A DNA stretch of 64,000 bases from positions 185,989-249,988 of the forward strand of contig RDEW01000006.1 of NCBI GenBank assembly GCA_011109175.1, written 5' to 3'. The notes under the pieces are model-generated. The model worked only from the letters and a program-made list of their open reading frames with translations. It had not been told where the DNA came from and did no database searches. Positions within the stretch are counted from its first letter, which is position 1; every line of letters starts with the position of its first letter. Source of the DNA: Dicyema japonicum (taxonomy: Eukaryota; Animalia; Dicyemida). The position numbers and the translations under genes were made by a program. This document shows, piece after piece, positions 13,129 to 25,370 of this stretch.

Positions 13129-14629
13129 TTATACTAATATACTAATCCGTGTTATCTTTTTGATCTCAAGATTGAGGGAATCTTTTGGAATACGTAGTCG
13201 CACATTGGGTGCTGACTATTAATTTAAGAGGGTTCTGTAACATTTAGACGGATTTTAAGTTCTCGCTGGATCTTTAAGGTACATATGGATTCTTTACTGT
13301 TGTTACTGATTATGAAGACCATAATGAAGGCTAGTTTTCCATAAAGACGTAAGGAGGTAAAGTCTAACTGCATATACTAATGCTCTCATAGCTTTATGGA
13401 TACGCTTGCATAGGAAGAAAGCTGAAAACAGGGGAGGATGGAAATGACTTACATTGAGTTATAAATTCGAAATTTTGACTTAAAATGAGTTTTTTGACTT
13501 TAAAGTTTCAAAATTTAGAATTTGACTATATGTCGTCAAATTTATCTACAAAATATTTTATATATGAAAACAGCTAATAGAATAATACAAAACGTTTTCA
13601 GGTTAAACATTTCGGTCTTAGATATTAATTTTACAATAATAAAAATCTTTACTGAATAGATAATGACGTGAAATGAGATTTTTTTCAAATAGCCATATGT
13701 GCATGGAGAAATATGTCGTTTTTCCATTTTTGTAGAAAAAATAACTTTTAATTATTAAAGTTACTGCGGTGGTTCAAAAAGTCTCTGAGATGAGAGTAAA
13801 TCTAATTATTGATTCCCACGTGGTGATTTTGAATCGCCCTAACAACCATAAAAAGATAATTAAAACGATAAATCGGAAATTTTAACCTAAAAATTGACTT
13901 TATTGACCATAAATTTCAAAATTTTAATTTTTTGACTTGTGATAAATTTATCTACAAAAATTTTTTTAATATAAAAAACAAATCATGTTTTTATTAAAAT
14001 ACAAAATAATGTAATTCAAAACGATTTCGGGTTCAAAATTTATGTCTTTAGTAATTTTCCCAATAATAATGTGGAGGGACACTTTTCCAGATAGTTGTAC
14101 ACATATGGAAAAATATGCTGTTTATCCATTTTTTGATAAAAAGTGTTTGATTGACAAATAATCTTGATTCCATTACTTCCCGATTCCACATAAATCGTCC
14201 ACAAAATGCAATTTCTGAATGTGTTCAACAGCGTCTTCACGATCTATTGCAAAATCCCTTAGAAAAACGTCAATTATCTGACAGATAATCGAAAAGTTAG
14301 CCGCAGAAGACAATGGCGACAAGATATTAACCATATTTCCTTGACATATTTCTGTCCCCGATATCAGTTTCGTCAACCAAACAAAATATTTCAGATCTAT
14401 AATAAATACACATAGAACCTCAAAATAGCTTAATTCTGTCGAGTTGCTTCTGGCATAAATTTTATACACTTTTTCGGCAAGCGTAAGTAGAAGGAAGATG
14501 ATGTCCAATACCCTCAAACAAGTATCTAAGTTTTTACTGTTCAACTTATGCAAGGGAAATTCCAATTCGATAAAGCCTTAGTGACTTTATCGACCCATGT
14601 GTAAATCAGTGGGTTTTGTAACATTGACA

Positions 14630-17553
14630 AAAAAACAAAAAAAAACGTGTTGTCGTTGTGTGTTGTGTTGTTGTTTTTCGCCTATTGAGATTATTTTCCT
14701 ATTTTTGACTTTCTCTTATTGACTATTTTCGCCTATTGAGATTATTCTCCTATTCTTGATTTTCGCCTATTGTTGATTCAGTGGAATGTTACTCGAAAAG
14801 TCATCGTCTAATTGCTCTGCCTGCAACATGAGAAATCTGAGAAAGTTTGGAATTTCTTGTTCTGCCTGTGGAGTTTTCTTTCACCTCGGGTGTTTGAAGC
14901 TCTCTCAGGCCTCTATCCGTGCTCTTGGGGTATGGCACTGCCGCTCGTGCCTTGGAATTGGCTCGGGGTTTCCTAATGGTCACGCGAGTGTATGTACCTC
15001 CGGGGAAGACCTTTCCCATTTGGATCCAGATTCGCTGCTCAAAATTATCAATGAACGCCGGTCATCGAGGAGTATCCCGGTGAAGATCCCTAAAGCAGCC
15101 CGCCCCCTAGCTGCCGAAGCCTTAACCAAAGCAATCATCGATGCACTCCGCTCCGACTCTATAAACGACTGGATACGTTTGTTTAATTTTGCTCCTTTCG
15201 CTCTTGGCTCTTCAGAGATCGCAATGGGAAAGAGTCTCTCTCGATTGCGATGAAGAACAACATCCGCGCATCATTTATGGATGGAACTCACTTTACGGAC
15301 CTCACGTCCTTCTGCATCCGTTCAACTGAAACTCGGAGTTCAACTCAGGAAACGGAGATTTTTCGCCTAAGAAGGACCGTACGATCGAAGTTGCTTGAAG
15401 GAGGAACCCGATCCGCATTGAAGGCCCTCTCACTCTTAGATGGACCACGCAATCCAACCATTGATACTTACAAGACTCTATTGGGGAAACATCCACCCTC
15501 TCCGAATGACCTATGCCATTGCTCGCCCCCATCAGAAATGACCCCTTTGACCACGTCGCCTGAGGATGTCATCACGGCGTTATGGAACTTTGCACCAAGT
15601 AGCTGTGGAGGTCTCGATGGCTTAAGGTCTGATTGCCGTCGACAAGAAGGGAGGTGGAATCCGCCCGATCGCGGTCGGATTCACTTTCAGAAGACTAGCA
15701 GCCAAGATTGCTTCCAGATTTTCTACGTCAATCTTGTCAAAATCCTTACTTCCCAGTCAAGTTGGAGTCGGAGTTCGTCTTGGATGTGAGGCAGCCGTTC
15801 ACTCCGTCAGAAGATTCAGGAACAGCAGCATTCAAGACTTTAAAAGGCACATTATGGTAAAACTGGACATCAAGAACGCTTTTAACAGCTTAAGAAGAGA
15901 CTGCATTCTGGAGGCCTGCAAGGAAAGATGTCCGTACATATTCGAACTGGTCAATTATTCATACGGAAAACCTTCATCACTATTGCACGGGGATTTCATA
16001 GTTCCATCGTCCTCAGGTGTTCAACAGGGCGACCCCCTCGGACCACTGCTGTTCTCCCTCGGCATTGAAGGATCACGAAGCTCTCTAGATGCCCACTCAA
16101 CATCTGGTACCTCGATGACGCTGTCTTAGTAGGTCCCCCGGAAACGGTCTTCCAGGACTTAGAAGTACTCATCCCCGCGCTGTCCGAGGTGGGTCTTCAG
16201 TTGAAAATAACGAAATGTGAAATAACAAACTGTGGTCTTGCTGACGATGACTTCTCTTCAATTGTTCAAATTTTACTCCTTGTATCCCGGTGGGAATTCG
16301 ACCCCTGAAAATGAATTGATTTTTCTTGGATCCCCGATCACTAGTAATGCGATGAAGCATGTCCTCCTTGACAAAAAACGACTCCTATACGATTCGCTGG
16401 AAAGATTACAGCTGCTGGACTTGCACACAGCACTATTCCTATTGAAAAGAAGTCTCAACATCCAGAGAATCTCCTATCTACTAAGGACAGCTCCATATTA
16501 TTCTCAACTGGAGCTGCTCGAGAATTTTGATTTGTCTCTCCTTAGCTCGACGGAGCAAATATTTAATGTCCGATTCGACGATGATACATGGATGCAGGCT
16601 ACACTCCCAGTTAGATTCGGGGGTCTTGGAATCCGTCGAACTTTGGACGTCTCACTTCCTGCTCATTTATCATCACTCACGGCCTGCGAACCTTTGGTCA
16701 GGAGGATCCTACACTCCCCACCCGAATTGTCAACTGACCAAGAGATAATCCACGCACGAGAAGCCTCGCCAGCGAAACCTGGACAACTTATTATGCTGGA
16801 AATCATTTGGACTCCTACTGGAATCTGCCAATCAGCACCGACGCGCTTGTTTGCTTTCGGGGGCTTCCCCTGAGAGCGGAGCTTGGCTAAACGCCATCCC
16901 CAATGGAGCTTTGGGCACTTTTCTGGATGATGAATGCGTTAGAACTGGTATCTCTCTGCGGCTGGGACTAAAAGTATGTGTACCTCACCCGTGCCGATGT
17001 GGCATCCTGATAGACTGCTATGGCCTGCACCCTCTCGCCTGCAGGAGGAGCGCTGGCAGATCCCCAAGGCACAAGGCTCTGAATGAAATTGTCAGGCGAG
17101 CTATGGATGCTGCTGGATACTCGGCCATTCTTGAACCGGTCGGGTTATGCAGAAGTGACGGGAAACGACCGGACGGGATGACCATATTTCCATTTGAGGC
17201 CGGGAAACCACTGGTTTGGGATGTGACATGTACAGACACGTTCGCCCAGAAAAATCTTCACGAGAGTGCTACAAGGGCCTGTTCAGCATCCGTAAAGGCG
17301 GAGAAAGCCAAACTTGTTAAATACGTCGACCTTCCCGATGATGTCAAATTTGTTCCCCTTGCTATGGAGATTTCCGGGTCCTACTCCCCCTCTACACTCG
17401 AGTTTCTCGAACGTCTTGGAAACCGGTTCACCTCATGCACTGGAGATCTCCGTGAACGCCGCTGGCTATTTGAGCGAATTTCGCTCGCAATTTTGAGAGG
17501 GAACAGCCACGCAGAGGGCGGCAACTACCTGACTTCTATTGTTTAATAAAAAA
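14630..17553 (+). mobile_element. CRE-clade (RLE) non-LTR retrotransposon with N-terminal PHD finger; both ends present, internal deletion and frameshifts
   Basis: PHD CSAC..CSACGVFFHLGC..WHCRSC; RT QVGVG..CEAAVH, KLDIKNAFNS, GVQQGDPLGP, WYLDD; CCHC finger CRCG..HPLAC; RLE KRPDG..WDVT; poly-A. 10-bp TSD aacattgaca at 14620-14629 and 17554-17563. Confidence 0.9.
14675..14773 (+). repeat. Imperfect tandem repeats in the CRE 5' UTR
   Basis: Three copies of tttcgcctattg plus degenerate spacers, preceded by a (GTTGT)n-like tract. Confidence 0.7.
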
Positions 17554-19145
17554 AACATTGACACATGTAAAATAGTAATAAAATTAAAAACCTGCGAATT
17601 TGATATGATTTTTAGGCGATCTACGGGATTCAATAAAAATTTCTTTTTTGCAGTTACAAATGTCCCACATAAATTCCAAAAAAGATTTCCTAGTGAGTTG
17701 ATAGAAAATTCATCAGGATATTTCCTAGCAGACTTAATCTTTTCAATGTCTTTCTTGATTGACGAGGAATCACAGTGAATGATGATAATTTGTCACATGG
17801 GCCAAGCGATACTTATGGGCAGCCTGTTACATTAACCTTGAACCAAGATTAACTTCAATTAATTTTATAAATAATTTATTAACCACAAAAAATTAAATTT
17901 AAGTAACTTTTTTTAGTCTACTCATTAATACAGTCGATATTTCTCCTTTCGAATTTTTTATCTATCAAATTAATTATTTCTGCAACTGGATAATACTGAG
18001 ACTCAAACTTATCCAGTCGCAATGAGGGATTTGTTCCAAAGTCCTTTTTAGCCCGAACCTATTTATTAATGTTTTTAATTCATTCTTAATCTCCCATGTT
18101 GAAAGTATATTTACTATTATGAACATTCATTTTCATAGCTTTGTAATAATTCGAATTTTCTTCAATCGATTTAATTTCGAAATTGAACCTTTTCGCATTC
18201 GGACACAAATTATCTGACTGGGAATTATCTAGATATAAATTTTTAAAATCAAACTACGTGAATTTTAAATAGATTCTGCTGTTATCAAGCATTTTTGTCA
18301 ACTTCTTCGTGATCGTCTGATTAAATCTTTCGACAATTCCTGGTGCTCATGGATTGTTAGGCCTTCCGTGAATTTGCTTGATGTTAAAATCTTCGCAAAG
18401 TTTTATTATTTCTTGATTTTTAAATTCAGAACCATTGTCCGACTGAAGAAATTTACATGGCCCATTCAGGCGGAACAAAGATCTTAAGTTTTCACATACT
18501 TCTTTACCAGACTTATTATAAAGTGGTCGTACAAAAGCGAATCTATAAATTAAAAAAAACCTACCTACTATATATGTCAATGACCGTTAAAACCCATTTG
18601 AAATTTTCATTTAATGTTGAAAATTTTTTCAGGTCTATTAGATCTAACCTGAAAACGTTCATTTGGAGAAGAAGCAAACACATGGTGATTTATATCTCCA
18701 ATCTACAATAATAAAAAATCACGAACTTTTAAAGGACGCGAAAATTTACATACTTCATAATTTCGAATGACTTTTCTGATTATGCCATTTTTAACAATGA
18801 AGTATCTTTGTCGACACTCATACTCAATTTTATTGACTCCTCCGTGTGAAAACTCGTGCAACGATTTCGCAACATGCTCCATTTTCGGTTTCATTATCCA
18901 GGGATATGACTAACTTGGAATCAGTTGATTTAAGATACAGTCTAAAATTATTGCAAATTTACAATACCTGTCATTGATAATAGAAAAATTCTCTATCTTC
19001 TTAAAAGCCTATATTTTCGGTGCCTCACAAGATTTTCGGGAAATTTATCATGCAAAGCATCTTTTAAAGTTTGATATTCAACTCAATCTTTCACAAAACC
19101 TTTGTAAAAATCCATTGCAACAAAATAATCTTCCATGCTATAAAT

Positions 19146-21284
19146 CAGCGGTTCTCAACCTGGGGTCGATTCGACCCCCAGGGGTCTAAATTCAATCCAG
19201 ATCGATCGTAAGGGGGTCGAAAATAAATTTAATATATTTAATTTTTTTCATTTTAAATTAAGTTAGTTTATTTTTAAAGTGGTAAACTTTTGTTCTTTAA
19301 AATTTTAAAATTACCATGCTTGTTTTGTTCGTGTATGAGTCGTCCTTCTACATTAAAAATTCGTCAATATAAAAATGAATATTTGGCATTTTGATTTATA
19401 AAAAGTTCTTTTGATAATAGACCATATTGCTTACTGTGTAATAAGTCGTCATCAAATGATACAATGAAACCGTCCAAATTGTTGGATCATCTTAGGAGAA
19501 AACAAAAAAGATTAACCACTAGAGTATTTTGAAAAATTGAAGGATTCTTTTCTTAAACAAAAAACGATTGACACTGTTTCTAAAATAGTAATGAAAGAAA
19601 CAATAGTTGTTGTTATTTTAAATTATATTTAGGAACACTAATTGCATTTTATAAAATTGCAATGATTTTTTCCAAAAAATGAGAGTTCCCATGTTTCTGG
19701 TGAAAATCTCATCAAACCATCTATATTAGTTATTCTATCAGATCTGATGGGTTTAAATCCCGACGAAATTTTAAAGTCCATACCAATTAGCAATGATTCA
19801 ATTCGCCGTAGGATTGACAAAATGTCAGATAATGTCGAACATATTTTATGTGAAGGGCTTAAAAATACTATTTTTTCGCTTCAAATAAACGAAAGTCATA
19901 TATGTGACAACCAATCAATTCTATGGATATGTCAGGTTAATCTTACTAGAAGCTTACCCTTTAAGATATTTTGACGAACAATAAATCTTCTGTAAGAATT
20001 GTTCGTCAAATATTCGAAAACTGATACGATTGGATTTTCTATTATCTTCGTAGTCAAATTATTTTTGGATGACATATGAAAATTTGGATTTTTGTGTCAC
20101 AGATGGTGCAATGTCTATGGTTGGAAAATATAAAGGATTTGCGGCATATTTGAAAAAAATATGTCCAAATGTGATTCATATACGTTCTACATAGACAAAA
20201 TTTGGTTTCAAAAGCTCTTTCTCCAATTCTACATGAAACGTTAAATATAGTTATTAAACCATAAACAAAATTAAAGCAAACAGCAAGTATGATTGTCTTT
20301 TTAGAAAATTTTGCTATGAGGCTAAAGAAACATATGTCCGTCTTGTGCTTTACATTGAGGTTATAGCTTCCAATTTTACTTTATAGGTACGATGGTTATC
20401 AAAGGGAAATGCATTAGAACTATTTTCAATATTATTTGACACAATCGTAAATTTTCTTACTTCTGAGGGTGACAAAAATTTAGCAGATTTAACTGTATCG
20501 AAAAAAAAGAAATTGTTTATTTGACTTGGATTTTTGAAAAATTTAATGAAGTTTCATTAGAACTTTATGTAACTTGGAAAAAAGAAATTATTACAATATT
20601 CCCGAATTCCACTCAATTGGTCAAAAATTTGATGATGAAGATATCAACAACTTTTTGCAACATTTATTAAGTATAGAAAAAAGATTTGATTGTTCGATTC
20701 CAAGATATTCTTGAATTAGAAATTTCATCTTATGATTAATCCGTTTTTGTCAAAGCCAGAAGAAAAAAATATTCAAGAGGAGTTCAATCCAGAATTTTAA
20801 AATTATTATAATGATTTACAATCACTTGTTATTTTTTAGCAATATATGAAAGTGAAAGAGAGTTATCCAAAATTGTGGACAGAAATAGCACAATTGCTAG
20901 TCCATTTTCCGACATCATACTGTGTTGAATGCGGATTTAGCATTCTACATCAAATTGTAAATAGAGAACGAAACAGATTGGATGTGGACATTAGATAAGA
21001 TATTTGTATAAAAATAACACAAATAGAGCCAGATATCGAATCTTTGGTCAAAAACATCAATCACATGGATTCCATTGGTATTTAAATTTTTTATAGATTT
21101 ATGCTAAGATATTAACTTAACATCGAGTATATACTTTTTTTGTTTGATTTTATTATTAACAATGAATTCATTTTAGATAGTTAACTAATGTTACTTAGAA
21201 TTGTCTGTTATAAATAAAAAAGTTTTAAGGAGTCGATTAAATATTAGAGGGGTCGAAAAAAAAGTCAAGGGTTGAGAACCCCTG
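19146..21284 (+). mobile_element. hAT transposon, Buster/ZBED5-ZBED8 type (decayed), nested in Ginger copy 1
   Basis: TIR CAGCGGTTCTCAACC / GGTTGAGAACCCCTG (14/15); 8-bp TSD ctataaat (NNNTANNN). MKPSKLLDHL, ISNDSIRRRI, TDGA, VRWLSKG, FPTSYCVECGFS. Empty site visible in Ginger copy 2 (about 41677-41690). Confidence 0.92.
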
Positions 21285-21426
21285 CTATAAATCACGCTAG
21301 AAATCTAGGTTTACCGCTATAAAAAAATAAAATCTTTATAATCATAACATTTATAATTAAAAAACTAATTTAACAGGATTAAATCACGACATGAATCGGA
21401 TATATAAAATTAAATGTCGGATAATC

Positions 21427-21565
21427 CAATGAGAAGAGTTGTCCAGGATTCTCGACCCTGCCGGACTCGTCCTCACCTTTGTCGGTCTGGGATCACTTAG
21501 TTAGATGAGAACTTTTATTTCTTTCTCTTTGACCCAGTGATCCTGAGGGTAATAATAATAATAAT
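21427..21565 (+). mobile_element. 139-bp 5'-truncated LINE 3' end with (TAA)n tail
   Basis: 14-bp TSD aatgtcggataatc (21413-21426, 21566-21579); absent from Ginger copy 2; similar to 29400-29530. Confidence 0.8.
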
Positions 21566-21749
21566 AATGTCGGATAATCAAAAGACCATTTCAAGGTCGA
21601 AAAAATGTAACAGGCTGCCCATGCGTTACGCGCCGCCCATGTGACATAATTGATCCAACGCTAGTATTAAATTTATAAAGTCGAAAAATTAAAAAATAAA
21701 AATCGATAAAATTTTTGATTTATTGACCTAAAAAATTAAAAAAATAAAT

Positions 21750-22636
21750 CCAGAACGGACAGAGGAATAGTAATCTCCATTTCCACATCTTCAGTCACTA
21801 AATTTCTGCCGAACGGGGTCCCGCAAGGATCCCCTCTCTCCGATTATCTTCAACCTATTCATGAGCGACATGCCTTTCTACGGTTGCGACGATTCCCTAT
21901 TCCTTGCTTACGTCAACGATCTAATCCTGGAAACAAGTGATCAGTGCATCCGCACGGCGGGTACCCGCTTAAAAGATTCACTGGATAACCTGAACTGTTG
22001 GCTTATGAGGAACCAACTACACACTAGTCCTGAAAAGTCGTGCTCTATGATCTTTACTTTCAACAGAAGATTGACTATCTCGGCGCCTCCACTGACCCTA
22101 AATAAAATAACAATCCCCTCCACAAATTCAACCAAAAAACTGGGGTCACATATGACCACTAATGACCCTCAGCAAACATGTGAGAAACATAATCTGCTCT
22201 TCCCAGCAAAAATTAAACTTTGTAAAAACGCTACTTGGATAATACAAGAAGTGGTTCCACCCAACAGTAGATCATCTCTATACTACCAATATATATTTCC
22301 GTCAATCAGCTACTGTTGTGCGACATGGGATACTAACAAATCCCACATCAACCTAAAGAAAATAAACTCCTCCCAAGAGACAATAACAAAGACCTTACAA
22401 AGATCTTCCTCCTCGATATTAAAACCAACCCGTTCGAGGAACTCGTGAGGAATACGGGAGCTCTGCCAAAACCTCTAATGCTCGAAAAAGTCATTCGTCC
22501 ACACAGGAAATGTGTCGTCACTCGGGAGGAACACCGAAAAAAGATGAGGCGGCTGCTCAAGGAGGCCGTGATCACCTGACGGCCCCTACTCTCCTTTGTT
22601 TTGTCGGTGATTCTTGGTTCTATATAAATGAAAATG
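21750..22636 (+). mobile_element. 5'-truncated APE-type LINE (RT C-terminal half)
   Basis: NGVPQGSPLSPIIFNLF, YVNDLI, SYCCATW; probable TSD aataaat. Confidence 0.85.
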
Positions 22637-23278
22637 AATAAATTACCAAAAATTGGACTTTTTTTGATTTTATAATTTTTGATTAATATAATATTTTTGA
22701 TTAAAAACTACATTTTTTAAAGTTTTAAACAATTTTAAAGAACATATAAATTTTTGACTTTATTGACAAAAATCGTCCTACTAATAATATAAGACAGCCC
22801 TTCCGATAAAGAATGGTAATGTTTCCATTACTTAAACCTCACCTTAGGAAGAATTCGCACTTTATTTGAAGAAGTAAGAACAGTAATGTTAATTAATCCA
22901 AAGCATATCCAGGACATTGAAAGTGTCCTTAGCTTCTTTTTATTTTTGTTTGTGTGTGAGTCTAAGCAGACAATCCACTTATGCAGTGATGAAACACTGA
23001 TTAATCGTCAACCCCAAAGTGCCGTCATCAGTGAATACCTTACTGCTGAACCTGATCATCTACGAGGACTCGTGTACAACAAAAAGAAAAAAAAGTTAAA
23101 AAATTCGTTAAATCTCACTACCATTCGTTAGCATAACTTCACTAAAAAAGTGTGTTCCCTCTATACTTATCATTTCTCTCGTGAAAGAGGTGTTATTATT
23201 TTTAACCTTAAAGTTGTTAAAAGTAATATTCTACGTTTTTGAATAAATTTAAGAGATTATTTAAGATAGTTTATTAAT

Positions 23279-23600
23279 TTAAACGTTATAGAGAAAGAGG
23301 AATGTCAACAAGAGAGGAACAATTACAATTGAAATGACATATTTATCCATAAGACTCAGAAAATTAAGTGGATATGTTAAATATTCTTGAAAATCATAAT
23401 TTGATGAAAACAGTGGTTTATTAAAAGTACAACTAAAATAAATAATCTCCTAACCTGTCCACAGTAGGAAGTTCTGAAGATATTTCAATGTCTTGTCTAA
23501 CAAGTTGTAAATTATAACAAGGATTTGTGTTGCAAGTAAAGTTTCCACAAGAGTAACTTAAATTAATTAAACTTTAACTTTATTTTCCCGCCATAAAATG
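23279..23600 (-). CDS. Spliced coding segment ending in a hydrophobic tail (alternative 3' end of the 24397 gene, or a separate small gene)
   Basis: Micro-introns gttaaagttttaattaatttaag and gttaggagattatttattttag join YSCGNFTCNTNPCYNL...DSCTFNKPLF...YVISIVIVPLLLTFLFLYNV*. No clean start codon. Confidence 0.4.
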
Positions 23601-23608
23601 TTGGGATT

Positions 23609-24397
23609 TTATTTCCGTCGGTAAACCAATATACAAAAAAATTAACAACAAAATTATTTGTACTACAATTAGAGCAAACAGCTGAAAAGTCGCTAAGAGT
23701 TAATTTTATAAATTACCTTTTAAAAATTTTTGAACTGGCTGTTGGTCCCAGGACAAGATCAGTTTAGCCTCCAAATTGCTTATTCCGGACCTTTAGATTC
23801 AAATATTCATGAGTCTACAAAGATTGTTGACAGTTGGTCGTAGTGGTCGTGCAGAAATAAATAAAATTGGCGGGTGAAAAATTATTCGAAATAAAATTAA
23901 AATTTGAACAATTTTCTTAAAAATCAAATTAAAATACCAGAATACACGTAATTATTAGAATTTATTCGATTAAAATTTACTTTGTCGATTATTAAATTTT
24001 CAAAAATAGACTTTCTAGTAGGACCACTAAAAATTACATAACAGAAGACCTATCATTGAGGAGGTTGTGGTAACCTTCATTGACTTTGGCATAGCATCCC
24101 AAATTACCCCATTGCACACAAAGCCAGCGACTCCATGGTCTCGAAAACATCGTCCTTTGGCACAGCTTTGAAGCATGTTCAATTTCGTAATAAAATGTGC
24201 TGCTGGATTCCACCGTATTACAATTCTAGGATAAAGGCTTATTCTAACGGTCGATAGATAACATCCTTTATGAATATCTCCGGGATGTATTTTGGAGGTG
24301 CAGACCTTCAGATCTTGTTTTTTAAAGGAAATACCTAACCAGACTTTATTATTTGTACTATTAAAAGTGTCCAAAATACCATTTGTAGTTGATTCAT
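23609..24397 (-). CDS. Unidentified type-I single-pass membrane protein, about 213 aa, 7 exons
   Basis: ATG at 24397; signal-like MNQLQMVFWTLLIVQIIKS; six GT-AG introns (26, 23, 23, 22, 28, 24 nt) give one open frame with no corrections; Cys/Asn-rich ectodomain; TM FQLFALIVVQIILLLIFCILVY then RRK*. Confidence 0.8.
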
Positions 24398-24479
24398 GGA
24401 TACTTTTAATAATTTAAATAAATAAAGTTTATTAATAAAATAATAAAATTTATTATTTAAACAAAAATTTCTTTTATGA

Positions 24480-25370
24480 TTTCTCGTCTGACCGTGACAC
24501 CATGACCGTTGCTTAATTAACTAACCGTGGCCGTGGAGTTCCCTGTCTATCACGGGCTTGTGTGGAATCTAAGAAGAAACACTGAACCAAACCTGAGGGC
24601 ACTGCTGAGACGTGTCGGGATCACATAGTCAACTAGTTGTGGATTTTACTTGTGCTTTGTCGGAATAAATTAATTTCCCCCGTCACATTCATCCAACTGC
24701 AACGAAGGATAACACGTGTTCTTCAATGAAAAAGTTGATTGCCTGATGGACTACTATTCATCATATGATGATGAACAAGGCCACTCGTCCCCACGAATGT
24801 AGAATCAAAACCGACCGACTTTCCAACAACCGCGATTGTCACCGAGTTGACTAAAAACGCCAGGTCATTAACTGATTTAGTCTCGGACGTACTCTGTGTT
24901 CCTATAAACCAAATAAGAATCCCTGTGCCCCGTGTATTTTTTCCGATTTCCCTTCTGTTGAACATTCGTTTCCATATCCATTCACCCTTACTTCAATCTA
25001 GTAAATTCTCAACATTGTTTTCGTCCTCATCATTCAATATCTTCTCACCTATCTAAACTAATTTCATCGTTGATAGTCAACACCTTTTTTTACGGTCCTT
25101 GCTTTAATCGAACCTTGAGAAGCGTTTGATTGAACATCTCGACACGTTCTGCATAGAATGATTGTCTCTTCAACTGTCCCTTCTCTCTTGCAAAGATGGC
25201 TTATTTCGTTCCTCTCTGGAAGACTTGGTCAAGATCTCTTATCATCACCAAAATCCCGCGCCCATAATCTCCCAAATGAAGTGTTCCAGGGTTCAGCACT
25301 TTTTCCCGCCTTATTCAATCTACATCTCAGTAATCGTAGGACTATTTTTGTCAGTTTTATTTCTCGTAGC
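24480..25370 (+). mobile_element. Decayed APE-type LINE fragments
   Basis: LQRWLISFLSGR..FQGSALFPALFNL; family 3'-end motif cgggatcac near 24617. Confidence 0.6.

Larger units (their letters stand above)
17791..21646 (-). mobile_element. Ginger-like DNA transposon (retroviral-type integrase), copy 1
   Basis: TG..CA ends; about 41-bp imperfect TIRs (tgtcacatgggc..gggcagcctgttaca); 5-bp TSD taatt (17786-17790, 21647-21651). HHCC zinc finger (LHEFSHGG..EVC) and rve core (FQVDLID, VIDIYSRF, LQSDNGSEF, GIVERFNQTI). No RT or LTR. Confidence 0.85.
13460..22780 (-). mobile_element. CGGBP1-like hAT transposon, copy 1 (deleted; host of four nested insertions)
   Basis: Removing the inserts rejoins ARKYPDEFSINSLGNLFWNLCGTFV (BED-like) to FPLHKLNSKNL. 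TIR-like end aaaatcgtccta at 22780; subterminal ttgac/ttattgac repeats; homologous along its length to 57780-60900. Left end eroded, no TSD found. Confidence 0.65.

Noticed and set aside
14675-14773. CRISPR-like repeat-spacer appearance
   Set aside because: Repeats are short and irregular, lie in a retrotransposon 5' UTR, and no cas genes are present in this eukaryotic DNA.
24027-24374. 115-aa ORF-track call with an EGF-like CAKGRC..FVC pattern
   Set aside because: It reads through introns and is out of frame with the fully spliced 213-aa model.
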